IMG/VR virus record: IMGVR_UViG_3300022927_001391
Coordinates: 32,001-96,000 of that record
Length of the DNA stretch: 64,000 bases
From: a virus
Reading direction: 5' to 3' (one strand)
Under the pieces are notes generated by a model. That model made no database searches, was not told the DNA's origin, and saw only the letters and a program-made list of their open reading frames with translations. The position numbers and the translations under genes were made by a program. Each line of letters begins with the position of its first letter. The first letter of the stretch is position 1. This document shows positions 55,568 to 64,000 of the stretch, piece by piece.

Positions 55568-56509
55568 TTAAGATTCTGTGTTAACTGTTGTTGCCCAGCT
55601 GGGTGTGCCCCAGGTTGCACTAATGTATGTAGTAGCGGGTGCTTGATAACTGAATGTTGTTGTCTTGCTACCATCTACTTGGTCAAGAACGTTATAAATG
55701 TTCTTGTTGTATGATGTTTCGTCTGCTGCGTCGTCAACCCACTCACTCTTGAGTGTCATTACAGTTGAACTTCCTGCTGCTGCATTAAGATTTGTTGTAA
55801 GTTGAATGTAATTTGCTGTGTATGGAGCACTATCTTCTAATTGTTTAAACACTATTGTTGGTGTTGCGTTCATATCCCAAAAACCTTCGTTTGTTAGGTT
55901 AGTATCAGGTGTACCTGATCCGCCACTCTTGCCACTTGTTGTATTGTAAATGTAGTATGTACCACATGCTGTGGCAAGTGCTGCCCACTCGTTGTACTTG
56001 TCATCAGCAGTACCACCTGATATACTCCAATCTACGTATACACGGCCGCCTGCGTTAAAGAAGTAACGCATTGCATTAGTACTAGTAAATGTAAGTGTAT
56101 CGGTTTGTGTAATTGTATTTGTAAATGTTCCGCTTACTACTGCTGTATCTGTAACTGCTGTTGCGTATCCTGCTGCTACACTCGCTACAGCAATCTGTGC
56201 ACCATCGATGACTCCAATGTCTGCTGCTAGTGTGCTAAACGCACTAATTGTATTACCAGCACTTGGGTTTGCAACTTCATCAATTGTAATACCACCGTCT
56301 TGACCGTAGTGATCACTGAGTGAACGAACTCTATCTAGTAGTGTACTCCACTGTGTTGCAGTAACAGTATTTCCTGCACTAACTGCGGATACAGTTGTGC
56401 CCTGGCCAATGCCACGATTTCCTGTACCTGTTCCCCACAAAGCATTAACGCTTGTAACAAATCCATTGTAGTGTGTGGCTGCGATTGTATCACCAGATGT
56501 ATATGCCAT
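55568..56509 (-). CDS. Virion structural protein (tail/baseplate associated)
   Basis: MAYTSGDTI start, T/G/S rich, RYFFNAGG; within the structural module. Confidence 0.6.
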   Translation of the reverse strand: MAYTSGDTIAATHYNGFVTSVNALWGTGTGNRGIGQGTTVSAVSAGNTVTATQWSTLLDRVRSLSDHYGQDGGITIDEVANPSAGNTISAFSTLAADIGVIDGAQIAVASVAAGYATAVTDTAVVSGTFTNTITQTDTLTFTSTNAMRYFFNAGGRVYVDWSISGGTADDKYNEWAALATACGTYYIYNTTSGKSGGSGTPDTNLTNEGFWDMNATPTIVFKQLEDSAPYTANYIQLTTNLNAAAGSSTVMTLKSEWVDDAADETSYNKNIYNVLDQVDGSKTTTFSYQAPATTYISATWGTPSWATTVNTES

Positions 56510-56524
56510 GTTTTGTTCTTCCTA

Positions 56525-57964
56525 TTAGTTAATTGTTACGAAGGCTTCTACTGTTCCGGTACCTTCGGTTGTTTTGGATTCGATAGCACGGCCAATTACG
56601 TTAAATGATGTTGCTTCACCGGGGTGTGCTGCTCTTGCCAGTCCGTTACCTGCACTAACTAGTCTATCACCTTTATTTATTAGGCCAGTCACATTTACTG
56701 GTGTTCTGCCCGCAACAGCGACCGGAGAACCATCTCTTAGTTTAGCGTTCATTAGGTATGCTGGTTGATTGCTAATTACACCAAATACAGTATCACTTAG
56801 TTCTTCGTTAACACGAGTAATTTCTGCTGCACCTCCTAGTGCAACAACTGTACCAGGAGCATACTGTGCGTCTGCAGCAAAGTTTTCTGCAACGTCAGCG
56901 TATTGTGCGCTTGTTGCTACACCATAGAATGTATCTGCATACACTGCATTAAACGGTGTACCACTTGAACCAATGTCCTGTGTTCCATCTAAGCTTAGTA
57001 GGTCACCACTGAGTGTTGCTGTAAGTAATGTGCTTGTTGCGTTATCAACATAATTCTTTGTTGCTACACCATTGCTAGTTGTTGGATCACCAGCAACTAC
57101 TAGTCTTGATGTTGCACCATCAATTGTTAGTGCAGTTGTAGTAACACCACCATCATTTACTTTAAAAATAAGGTCGCCGTCGCTGGTCACGTTTGAAACT
57201 GTAACATCGCTACCGCTTACGCCCACTGTAAAGTCACTGTCAACACCAACAACAATACCAGTATCGTTTAGGATACTTAGTACGCCGCTTGTGCTATCAC
57301 TAGCATCAGCACGTAAGAAGTTTGCTGCTGCTACGCCGCCTAGTGCGTCTGCGTCTGTTGCTGTACCCTGGAACTTAGCACCACTAACTGTTGAACTTAG
57401 CTGTACACCTGGCTTAATTGTGGAGAAGCCGCCAAGTGCGCTCTGTGGTGTAAATTCTGTGTCTTTGCTAACAGTACCAACTACAGTGTTTGCTACATAT
57501 AGTTTAACAACTACGTGGTCTGTAGCACCGCTATCTGTAACTGTTTCAACAATAGCACCAGAAGTACCAGATCCGCTAGTAAATGCTGGACCAATAGTTA
57601 CGAAACTAGAACCGTTATAAACCTTTAACTGTCCGTTGGTTGTATCCCACCAAAGATCGCCAGTTACACTACCAGTTGGTGTGCTAGCACTAGCTGTACT
57701 CGAGCTAACAGTTTTAAATGCAGTGCCAGTATAAACCTTAAGTAGGCTATTTGTACTGTCCCACCACATCTGTCCAGCCACTGGGCTGCTTGGTGCGCTA
57801 GTATTACTAAAATTTTCTAATAATTTAACGAAGTTTTCGTTAAGGAACTCGCCGTATCCAGCGTAGTTCTTACCAACAAGTGTTATGTCAGTAGTGGTAT
57901 CGATCGTACCGTCTGAAACAGTTGTTAGCACTGTACCACTGGTTTTATTAATTGTATAAGCCAT
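56525..57964 (-). CDS. Tail fibre/baseplate protein with C-terminal intramolecular chaperone-like (peptidase G2-type) domain
   Basis: GKNYAGYGE..NENFVKLLENF, G.LWWD repeats, VATKNYVD, ATSAQYADVAE. Confidence 0.7.
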   Translation of the reverse strand: MAYTINKTSGTVLTTVSDGTIDTTTDITLVGKNYAGYGEFLNENFVKLLENFSNTSAPSSPVAGQMWWDSTNSLLKVYTGTAFKTVSSSTASASTPTGSVTGDLWWDTTNGQLKVYNGSSFVTIGPAFTSGSGTSGAIVETVTDSGATDHVVVKLYVANTVVGTVSKDTEFTPQSALGGFSTIKPGVQLSSTVSGAKFQGTATDADALGGVAAANFLRADASDSTSGVLSILNDTGIVVGVDSDFTVGVSGSDVTVSNVTSDGDLIFKVNDGGVTTTALTIDGATSRLVVAGDPTTSNGVATKNYVDNATSTLLTATLSGDLLSLDGTQDIGSSGTPFNAVYADTFYGVATSAQYADVAENFAADAQYAPGTVVALGGAAEITRVNEELSDTVFGVISNQPAYLMNAKLRDGSPVAVAGRTPVNVTGLINKGDRLVSAGNGLARAAHPGEATSFNVIGRAIESKTTEGTGTVEAFVTIN

Positions 57965-57994
57965 ATCGTTTAGTTCTCCACAAACTTTATAAAT

Positions 57995-58002
57995 TATTTA
58001 TC
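57995..58002 (-). promoter_or_regulatory. Late promoter-like GATAAATA
   Basis: Intergenic, about 30 nt upstream of the structural gene at 57964. Confidence 0.5.
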
Positions 58003-58022
58003 ATTAAAATAATATTGTAGTT

Positions 58023-58682
58023 TTATAAACTCGTTAAATTGGTAAGAGTCTGAATACGAATTGTATAATCTATCTGTATTAATCTGTTCAAACTCTTTTG
58101 TACAGGATGGAAAATAACATGAGTAAGTAGCTTTCCAGTATTAACTGTACCTGCCCAGCTCTTTAACCCTAACTCGTCAAATGTAAAGTTTTCGTTGAAG
58201 TTGCTGGTATTGTCAAATGCCTGCTGTCCGCTAGGCTCGCCATAGTCAAGCAAACAACTTACTACAACATCAGTATAAATGTTACCGCTAACGTGGCTTA
58301 CAGTAAGTTTGTTTCTGCCCTGATCTGTATTTAGGCTAGAATTATCATCTACTACTTTATAGTATGTTTGGTTATATAATGCTGCGTTAGCGCCAGTACT
58401 GTTGGCTGGCAGATATGTAATAACGCCAGTAGGGTCTACACTAGTCCCGCCGTTGCCAAACGCCATTTCATGTATAAAGCCGGTTGTTTTGTTAGCAATG
58501 CTAAGAGCAAGTGCTTCGCTCATATTTTCGTAATGGATCGCGTTACGTTTGTTTACAAAGTCCTCACCAGTCTCAGGGTCAAAAATTCGAATATGTCCTT
58601 CCATGAGAACACCGCCGTTTTCCCGTAATCCTGGCTTGGTTTTGTCTCGCTGCTCATCAGTCATGTTGTTCTCTTCTGTCAT
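58023..58682 (-). CDS. Baseplate/tail structural protein
   Basis: GHIRIFD, NAIH, FGNGG, FDELGL, HVIFHPVQKS..R.IQIDYTIR. Confidence 0.6.
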   Translation of the reverse strand: MTEENNMTDEQRDKTKPGLRENGGVLMEGHIRIFDPETGEDFVNKRNAIHYENMSEALALSIANKTTGFIHEMAFGNGGTSVDPTGVITYLPANSTGANAALYNQTYYKVVDDNSSLNTDQGRNKLTVSHVSGNIYTDVVVSCLLDYGEPSGQQAFDNTSNFNENFTFDELGLKSWAGTVNTGKLLTHVIFHPVQKSLNRLIQIDYTIRIQTLTNLTSL

Positions 58683-58687
58683 TATAG

Positions 58688-61570
58688 TTATACCTTTAGG
58701 ACACATTCAATAAGTTTTTCACCTGTATCAGCATTTGTTTCAAGAGCTATGCCAACACGAGCGCCATCTGCTGTCGCACTAGCAACACCGTCGTGATCCG
58801 CATAAACCGCTTGACCCTTTACTACTGAACCTACTACTCTCACAGGAACACGACCTACTAGTGCGACAGCAACGCCGTTTTCTAAATCGCTATTCATTAG
58901 ATAGGCTGGTGCAGTACTTATCACACCTACAGGTATGCTGTCTTGTTTACAATATGTTACTTCTGCACCGCCACCAACTGTCATTACTGTACCAAATGGA
59001 TATTCTGCATCTGGTAGATAACGTTCTGCTAAGTCAGCGTATTGCGCTGCTGTGGTTGTAGCAGTGATAGTGCCTGCACTAAAGTTACCGCTACCATCAC
59101 GGAATACAATAGTACTTGCAGTATTTGAGCTTGTAGCATTGGATGTAACAGTAAATGTCGCACCTTCTGCGCTTGCGCTGCCAGTTAGTCCATTACCGCT
59201 TACTGCGCCTGCTGCAACGTAGTTACCAGTTGTGTCTGTACCTAGTGCAACTGAGTTGGCAGCGATCGTTGTAGTAATGCTAATATTGCCAGATCCATTA
59301 AATGATGCGCTCGTTCCGGTCACATCACCTGTCAAACTTAGAGTACGAGCAGTTTGCCAAGCTGTTGCCGTGGTAGCGTTGCCACTTAGTGAAGCAGTAA
59401 TTGTGCCTGCTGTTAGATTTCCATATGCAAAATTAGCATCGCCAGTATCAATTGTGGTTCCGGTGGGCTCTGCTCCGTAATCACCAAACAGCTTCCACAT
59501 ACCACCATCACTAGCGTCACGGAATAAACCAGCATGAGCTGCTCTACTACCATTGTAATAATGTCCAGCAAATCCAATATCTACTAAGTCACTAGACTCG
59601 TTCCCAACTGCCAAACGGATTAAAGGATCAGCAACATCCAAGTCAGTAGCACTGACTGTTGTCGTCGTACCCAATACGCTCAAGTTGCCTGTGACTTCCA
59701 AAGCGCCACCAACACTTAAATCATTTGTAATTGTTACATCACTTGGCAATCCTATTGTTACAGTATTATCTGTAACTGCTGTTTCGATCTCATTTGCTGT
59801 ACCACTAAATGTAAGTGTATCAGTACCAAGAGTAATTGTATCTGTACCACTGTCACCAGCAATATCTGTAGTTGTCACTATGCTAGATGTTTGTGTGTCA
59901 ACATATTCTTTTGTAGCAGCATCAGAGTTTACAGTTGGAGTTGCTAGATTAGTAATTTTGTTGGCGCCAACATCAATTGTCTGACTGCCTGCTACCGTAA
60001 ATCCAGCGTCAAAATCAGCACTTGTGGAAAAAGTTATAGCATTGCTAAATGTAATAGCGCCTGTTACTGTACTACCAATACTTGTAATGTCACTTAAATT
60101 ACCTGTTGTAATAACTGTACCACTAACATCAGGCAGTGTAACTGTGCGATCTGCGGTTGGATCTGTAACAGTTAGTGTAGTTTCAAAAGCGTTGTCAGTA
60201 GCACCTTCAAAAACGATGTTGGCAGCAGTAGTAATATCACCGGAAATATCCAATCCTGTTAGTGTGCCTACACTTGTAATATTTGTTTGTGCTACGGTGG
60301 TAAGTGTTCCTGCTAGATTTGTTGCTGTTACTGTATCAATGTAAGCTTGTGCCCATTCTGTACCTACTGCACCTAAGTCATAAGTGCTATCTACGCCTGG
60401 CAGTAAATCACCTGTAATGTTTACTGTTCCTGTACCATTGGTAACGATGTTGATATCGTTATTAGTGACAAGATTGCTGATTGTGTTACCACCAATTTCA
60501 ATATTACCGAAGTCTGGTGCAGCAGTAAGAGCAATGCTAATATCGTCTGTATTTTCAGTTACACTAAAATTGCTGTCAAAAATTAGCGTTTTCAGTTTGA
60601 AATCTACACCAACTTTAGTTTTAAAAATCTCAGCACCTGTACCCACATTTGAAATTGTGTTTGCTTCACCGCCAGATGCTCCAGGTGCAACTGCTGGTTC
60701 CCATTCTCCGTCCATAGCGTTCCATGTTAAAACATCGTTTGCATTAGGCGTAGCACTTGTAACATCCACGTCACTTAGGTCGCCAATACTTGCTGCTGCG
60801 ATGCGAGCGTCTGATCTAGCATTTGTATAGTATAAGTTCGATGCACCTTCTGGCAATACATCTGTATTAACCTGATTTGCGCCAGTACCAAAATCAATAT
60901 GTGTATCATTAATACCATCTGCTGCTAGTACAACATTACCGCTAGTTACTATAAAGTTTGTAGTATCAAAACTTGCTATGCCCTTGTTAGATATACTTGC
61001 ATCTTCAGCACTAATAGTTAATGTGTCACCACTCTGTGCAGTGTCAATACCTTCACCACCTGTTACTGTAAGGGTGTCGCCTAGATCAATAGCTGTGCTA
61101 CCACTATCGCCTGCCAGTGTAATAGTACTGTTTGTAATACTACTATTAGGAATACTTGCTAGAGCAATTACACCAGTGCCAGCAGTGTAGGTAATACCAG
61201 TAGCCGTTGTAGCACTGAAATGGGCTCGTACTTCACTTGCGCTAGGTCCAGTGTAGGTTATAACACCTGTTGTACTATTGTAACTTAGACTGCCATCACC
61301 ACCACTATCTGTAACACTAATAGCAGCTCTAGCTCTGGTATTTGTGAAGTACATAGTTCCGCTAGTTACGCTAGCACTAGGGTCTTCCGTTAAGTCTGAT
61401 GTATCAATAACTAAATTATTTGTGGATGCGCTAGTAATTGCAACTCCATTAATAGTTTTTACATAGTTATTTTCCAAATCGTTAGTTCTAGTATTCAGAT
61501 CAGAAAAGTTTCCATCTACTTCTGTAAATGTAAGTGGTGTACTTTTACTACTACGGAGAACTATTGCCAT
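58688..61570 (-). CDS. Long tail fibre protein with C-terminal chaperone-like domain
   Basis: PLTFTEVDGNF head, NLY(Y/F)TN.R repeats, AGDSG repeats, DAATKEYVD, AQYADLAE. Confidence 0.75.
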   Translation of the reverse strand: MAIVLRSSKSTPLTFTEVDGNFSDLNTRTNDLENNYVKTINGVAITSASTNNLVIDTSDLTEDPSASVTSGTMYFTNTRARAAISVTDSGGDGSLSYNSTTGVITYTGPSASEVRAHFSATTATGITYTAGTGVIALASIPNSSITNSTITLAGDSGSTAIDLGDTLTVTGGEGIDTAQSGDTLTISAEDASISNKGIASFDTTNFIVTSGNVVLAADGINDTHIDFGTGANQVNTDVLPEGASNLYYTNARSDARIAAASIGDLSDVDVTSATPNANDVLTWNAMDGEWEPAVAPGASGGEANTISNVGTGAEIFKTKVGVDFKLKTLIFDSNFSVTENTDDISIALTAAPDFGNIEIGGNTISNLVTNNDINIVTNGTGTVNITGDLLPGVDSTYDLGAVGTEWAQAYIDTVTATNLAGTLTTVAQTNITSVGTLTGLDISGDITTAANIVFEGATDNAFETTLTVTDPTADRTVTLPDVSGTVITTGNLSDITSIGSTVTGAITFSNAITFSTSADFDAGFTVAGSQTIDVGANKITNLATPTVNSDAATKEYVDTQTSSIVTTTDIAGDSGTDTITLGTDTLTFSGTANEIETAVTDNTVTIGLPSDVTITNDLSVGGALEVTGNLSVLGTTTTVSATDLDVADPLIRLAVGNESSDLVDIGFAGHYYNGSRAAHAGLFRDASDGGMWKLFGDYGAEPTGTTIDTGDANFAYGNLTAGTITASLSGNATTATAWQTARTLSLTGDVTGTSASFNGSGNISITTTIAANSVALGTDTTGNYVAAGAVSGNGLTGSASAEGATFTVTSNATSSNTASTIVFRDGSGNFSAGTITATTTAAQYADLAERYLPDAEYPFGTVMTVGGGAEVTYCKQDSIPVGVISTAPAYLMNSDLENGVAVALVGRVPVRVVGSVVKGQAVYADHDGVASATADGARVGIALETNADTGEKLIECVLKV

Positions 61571-61596
61571 CTTTATTATATTCCTGCTTTATTCTA

Positions 61597-61604
61597 TATT
61601 TATA
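61597..61604 (-). promoter_or_regulatory. T4-like late promoter TATAAATA
   Basis: Exact match, intergenic, upstream of the tail fibre gene. Confidence 0.65.
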
Positions 61605-61614
61605 TAAACTTTCG

Positions 61615-64000
61615 TTAGGGTCTTACCTCAACATAACCGTCCTCTACATATCCATCTTCTAGATAATATGGAGAGTTACTCTCTGCTATGAAGTTGGGTA
61701 CAAATGCTTCTCGTGCTCTTAAGAATCTAGCATTCACACTATTACTTGCCTGTAAGCCAGCACCATTAGCTGCTGATCCTACTCCAGCATCATACCATAT
61801 ATGTGTATGCGTATTAGTTTCTGGTAAATTTTGATCAGAACTTGCATCAATCACTCTTGTACCTACACGGTGTATTGTAGCAAATCTGGTGCCAGCAGTA
61901 CTTCTTCTAATATTGGTAATATAATTGTCTTCTGTGTTAATTTCCCAATAAGTTACACGCTCATTGCCAACAAAAATTACACCTGGATTATCACTGTCTA
62001 CACTTGCCTGTGGTAGCTTACTGACATCATCCACATAGATTTTTGTATCAGTTGGGTATAAGTTTTGTGTTAATTCTGTTGTATTATCAGCGGCAATTCT
62101 CAAATATTCATAATCACCCAGCATGTTTTTAAAGATTCTAAAACCAATAGTTGGTTGGACGACATTTTCTGTAAAATGAGATATAACTATTATACTAGTA
62201 GAATCAATAGTTTGACCAGATAAGTCAATAACGTTTCCATTTTCAATTATAAACTGTCCGGGATGTAGTTTTACACCGTTTAACGTTATCCACAAATTAT
62301 TGCTATTGGTTACTGTACGATCCAGGGCATATTTGCTAGGAGAGCTACCAGCTAGTGATATTCCGTCAAAGTCGCCAGAGTCAAAGCTATCATCGTCAAA
62401 TCCTATTACTGTTTCTAAAATCTCCGAACCTAATCCTACGAATACCTTGGTTTGTATACGTAATGGATCATGGTTAGCAAATGTTGTAACATACAATTTA
62501 TCACCTGTACTGAAACTTACGCTGCTAGTAAGTGTAATAGTGTTTCCATCTACTAGATATTCTGCTCCTGTTCTCACACTTACAATAACTGTATCACCTG
62601 AGCTTGGTGCAGTATAGAATGTTATAGTTCTTAAACTACTGCCATCTGTTGGATCAACAACATAATCAATACTTGCTACTTTGTTGGTTGGTGGATTTAG
62701 TGTACTACTGTCATCTTTGCTTATGACAGTTACTCGGATATCACCATCGTTAACAAGAGCGCTTTCTTCTGCTGTGCCTGGGATACTATAAGTTACTGTA
62801 CTACCATCGCCCACATAGTGCTTTGCGTTTGTTGGTCGTAGTCTTAAATTGTTAAGTTCAACAATAACATTGCCCTCAAAAGGTTGAGCATATCGTACAG
62901 TTTTATTCAACTCGTATGTATTAGTACCAGAAGTTAAGGTTATTTCCTGAGTATCGATCTCAGTATACGCTTGTCTGCTAGGATCTTTGTTGAAAGCAAA
63001 CACGTGAACATGATCATTTTCTGCAGGAACGTCATTTAATATAAGGATGCTAAGTCCATTGTCTTGCACTGTATATTCTGCTGTTGACAAGGTTTCACCA
63101 TTTATCAATACAAGATATTGTTGTGCTAAGTCGTAATTGATACCTAAAGTAAATGTAAATGTTTCACCATCTGTAAAGAACGATTCCTCATGCACGGGCT
63201 TTTCACCAGTGTTACCAAAACTGTAAATGTACACTGTTTGACCTACAGTAGGTGCAGTAGCTAATGTTACTGTTCTATTCAAATAATTTTTAGTGAATGA
63301 TCTAACAGGTGTAGCGTTTAAGTACACAAACACGTTTTCTACATCTTGTGCTTTTGTAGTATTACTAAAAATAAACGTATTAGTTGTGCCATCCCCTTCA
63401 TAAGATCTAAACACTGTTTCAACGCCATTACCATCCCATTCAAAATCATCACTAGGATCTGTAAAGACTTCCATATCCAATGTGTCAAATACTATACCTG
63501 GTATTACTTCTTCTGGCGCATGACTATTGTATTCATCTACAAACTGTCCACCATTTACATCAATATCTTCTGGACGAGTTCCTAATGCTAGGTCCTGGAA
63601 CGTACTCTTAATAATGCTATCAAGTGCGCTAGCACCACTTAATACTGTAAGTCCGTCAGTATCAATATCAAAATCGTCAAAACCAACATTATCAAATGCC
63701 GCTGTGTCCCAGCCTGGTTCTCTTTCAAAGCCAGCGCCAGATACTCTTACACCTTTATAATCAGTTCCGCGCTGTAATAGGTCTAGATCGTCACCAAGCA
63801 TGCCGGCTGTAGGAGTATAAAATGCAGCAATCCTATCAGCATTACTTGCTAGATTTTCATCTGCATAAACTTCTAATACTGTAGTTCCGCTTGAGTTCTC
63901 TACACTGAAAGTACTGCCGCTGGTAAACCCACCTGAAACGATGCATTTATACACTTCTTGAGAACCTGTAACTGAGTTATAGTAGGAAATTAAATCATTT
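61615..64000 (-). CDS. Large baseplate wedge-like structural protein (5' partial)
   Basis: Frame stays open to the window edge; repeated (G/T)DG.T.T(F/Y) beta modules, FD-rich acidic repeats, HAPEE..PG, GNERVTY. Confidence 0.6.
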   Translation of the reverse strand, partial: NDLISYYNSVTGSQEVYKCIVSGGFTSGSTFSVENSSGTTVLEVYADENLASNADRIAAFYTPTAGMLGDDLDLLQRGTDYKGVRVSGAGFEREPGWDTAAFDNVGFDDFDIDTDGLTVLSGASALDSIIKSTFQDLALGTRPEDIDVNGGQFVDEYNSHAPEEVIPGIVFDTLDMEVFTDPSDDFEWDGNGVETVFRSYEGDGTTNTFIFSNTTKAQDVENVFVYLNATPVRSFTKNYLNRTVTLATAPTVGQTVYIYSFGNTGEKPVHEESFFTDGETFTFTLGINYDLAQQYLVLINGETLSTAEYTVQDNGLSILILNDVPAENDHVHVFAFNKDPSRQAYTEIDTQEITLTSGTNTYELNKTVRYAQPFEGNVIVELNNLRLRPTNAKHYVGDGSTVTYSIPGTAEESALVNDGDIRVTVISKDDSSTLNPPTNKVASIDYVVDPTDGSSLRTITFYTAPSSGDTVIVSVRTGAEYLVDGNTITLTSSVSFSTGDKLYVTTFANHDPLRIQTKVFVGLGSEILETVIGFDDDSFDSGDFDGISLAGSSPSKYALDRTVTNSNNLWITLNGVKLHPGQFIIENGNVIDLSGQTIDSTSIIVISHFTENVVQPTIGFRIFKNMLGDYEYLRIAADNTTELTQNLYPTDTKIYVDDVSKLPQASVDSDNPGVIFVGNERVTYWEINTEDNYITNIRRSTAGTRFATIHRVGTRVIDASSDQNLPETNTHTHIWYDAGVGSAANGAGLQASNSVNARFLRAREAFVPNFIAESNSPYYLEDGYVEDGYVEVRP

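Noticed and set aside
57072-61190. Long + strand ORFs opposite the tail-fibre genes, and similar antisense ORFs elsewhere
   Set aside because: Shadow frames caused by Thr/Gly/Ser/Ala codon bias, with no RBS or motifs
55568-64000. Diversity-generating retroelement acting on the tail fibres
   Set aside because: No reverse transcriptase and no near-identical template/variable repeat pair seen; similarity between the fibre C-termini is at protein level
1-64000. tRNA, rRNA, introns, inteins, integrase or transposase
   Set aside because: None recognisable by eye; intergenic gaps are short and explained by promoters or terminators. A tRNAscan or Infernal run would be needed to exclude them formally

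Overview
This 64-kb window is part of a large lytic dsDNA tailed phage genome. It has T4-like organisation, TATAAATA-type late promoters and very dense genes with overlapping start and stop codons. No rRNA, tRNA, CRISPR array or integrase was seen. The + strand block (1-33.6 kb) carries replication and nucleotide genes: the family-B DNA polymerase C-terminus, a probable sliding clamp, RNase H/5'-3' exonuclease, ThyX, PurT and a phosphoribosyltransferase. Interleaved with these is a 7-deazaguanine DNA-modification set: a DpdA/TGT-like transglycosylase, FolE, QueD, QueE, YhhQ and a second QueD-like T-fold protein with the LxxxHRHxF motif of DpdL-type CDG decarboxylases, with no canonical QueC or QueF. 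The block also holds nucleotide-sugar enzymes, a 1182-aa lipoprotein subtilase with an autotransporter-like barrel, and a divergent early-promoter island flanked by a MoxR-like AAA ATPase and a metallopeptidase-vWA gene. The - strand block (33.5-64 kb) starts with baseplate and tail-fibre genes. These are followed by a ~22-kb tailoring cluster with 5 twitch/SPASM radical SAM enzymes, 4 TEK-motif GT10-like proteins, 4 other glycosyltransferase-like proteins, 3 SGNH-like proteins, a carbamoyltransferase, an epimerase and a 2OG/cupin oxygenase. The best novelty candidates are: (1) a compact preQ1-I-like pseudoknot with a mutually exclusive anti-Shine-Dalgarno hairpin in the queD leader, a candidate phage riboswitch; (2) the QueC-less deazaguanine pathway co-located with sugar-transfer enzymes and sharing a promoter signature; (3) the radical SAM/glycosyltransferase array; (4) the phage-encoded surface protease. 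All calls come from motif reading; no database searches were run.
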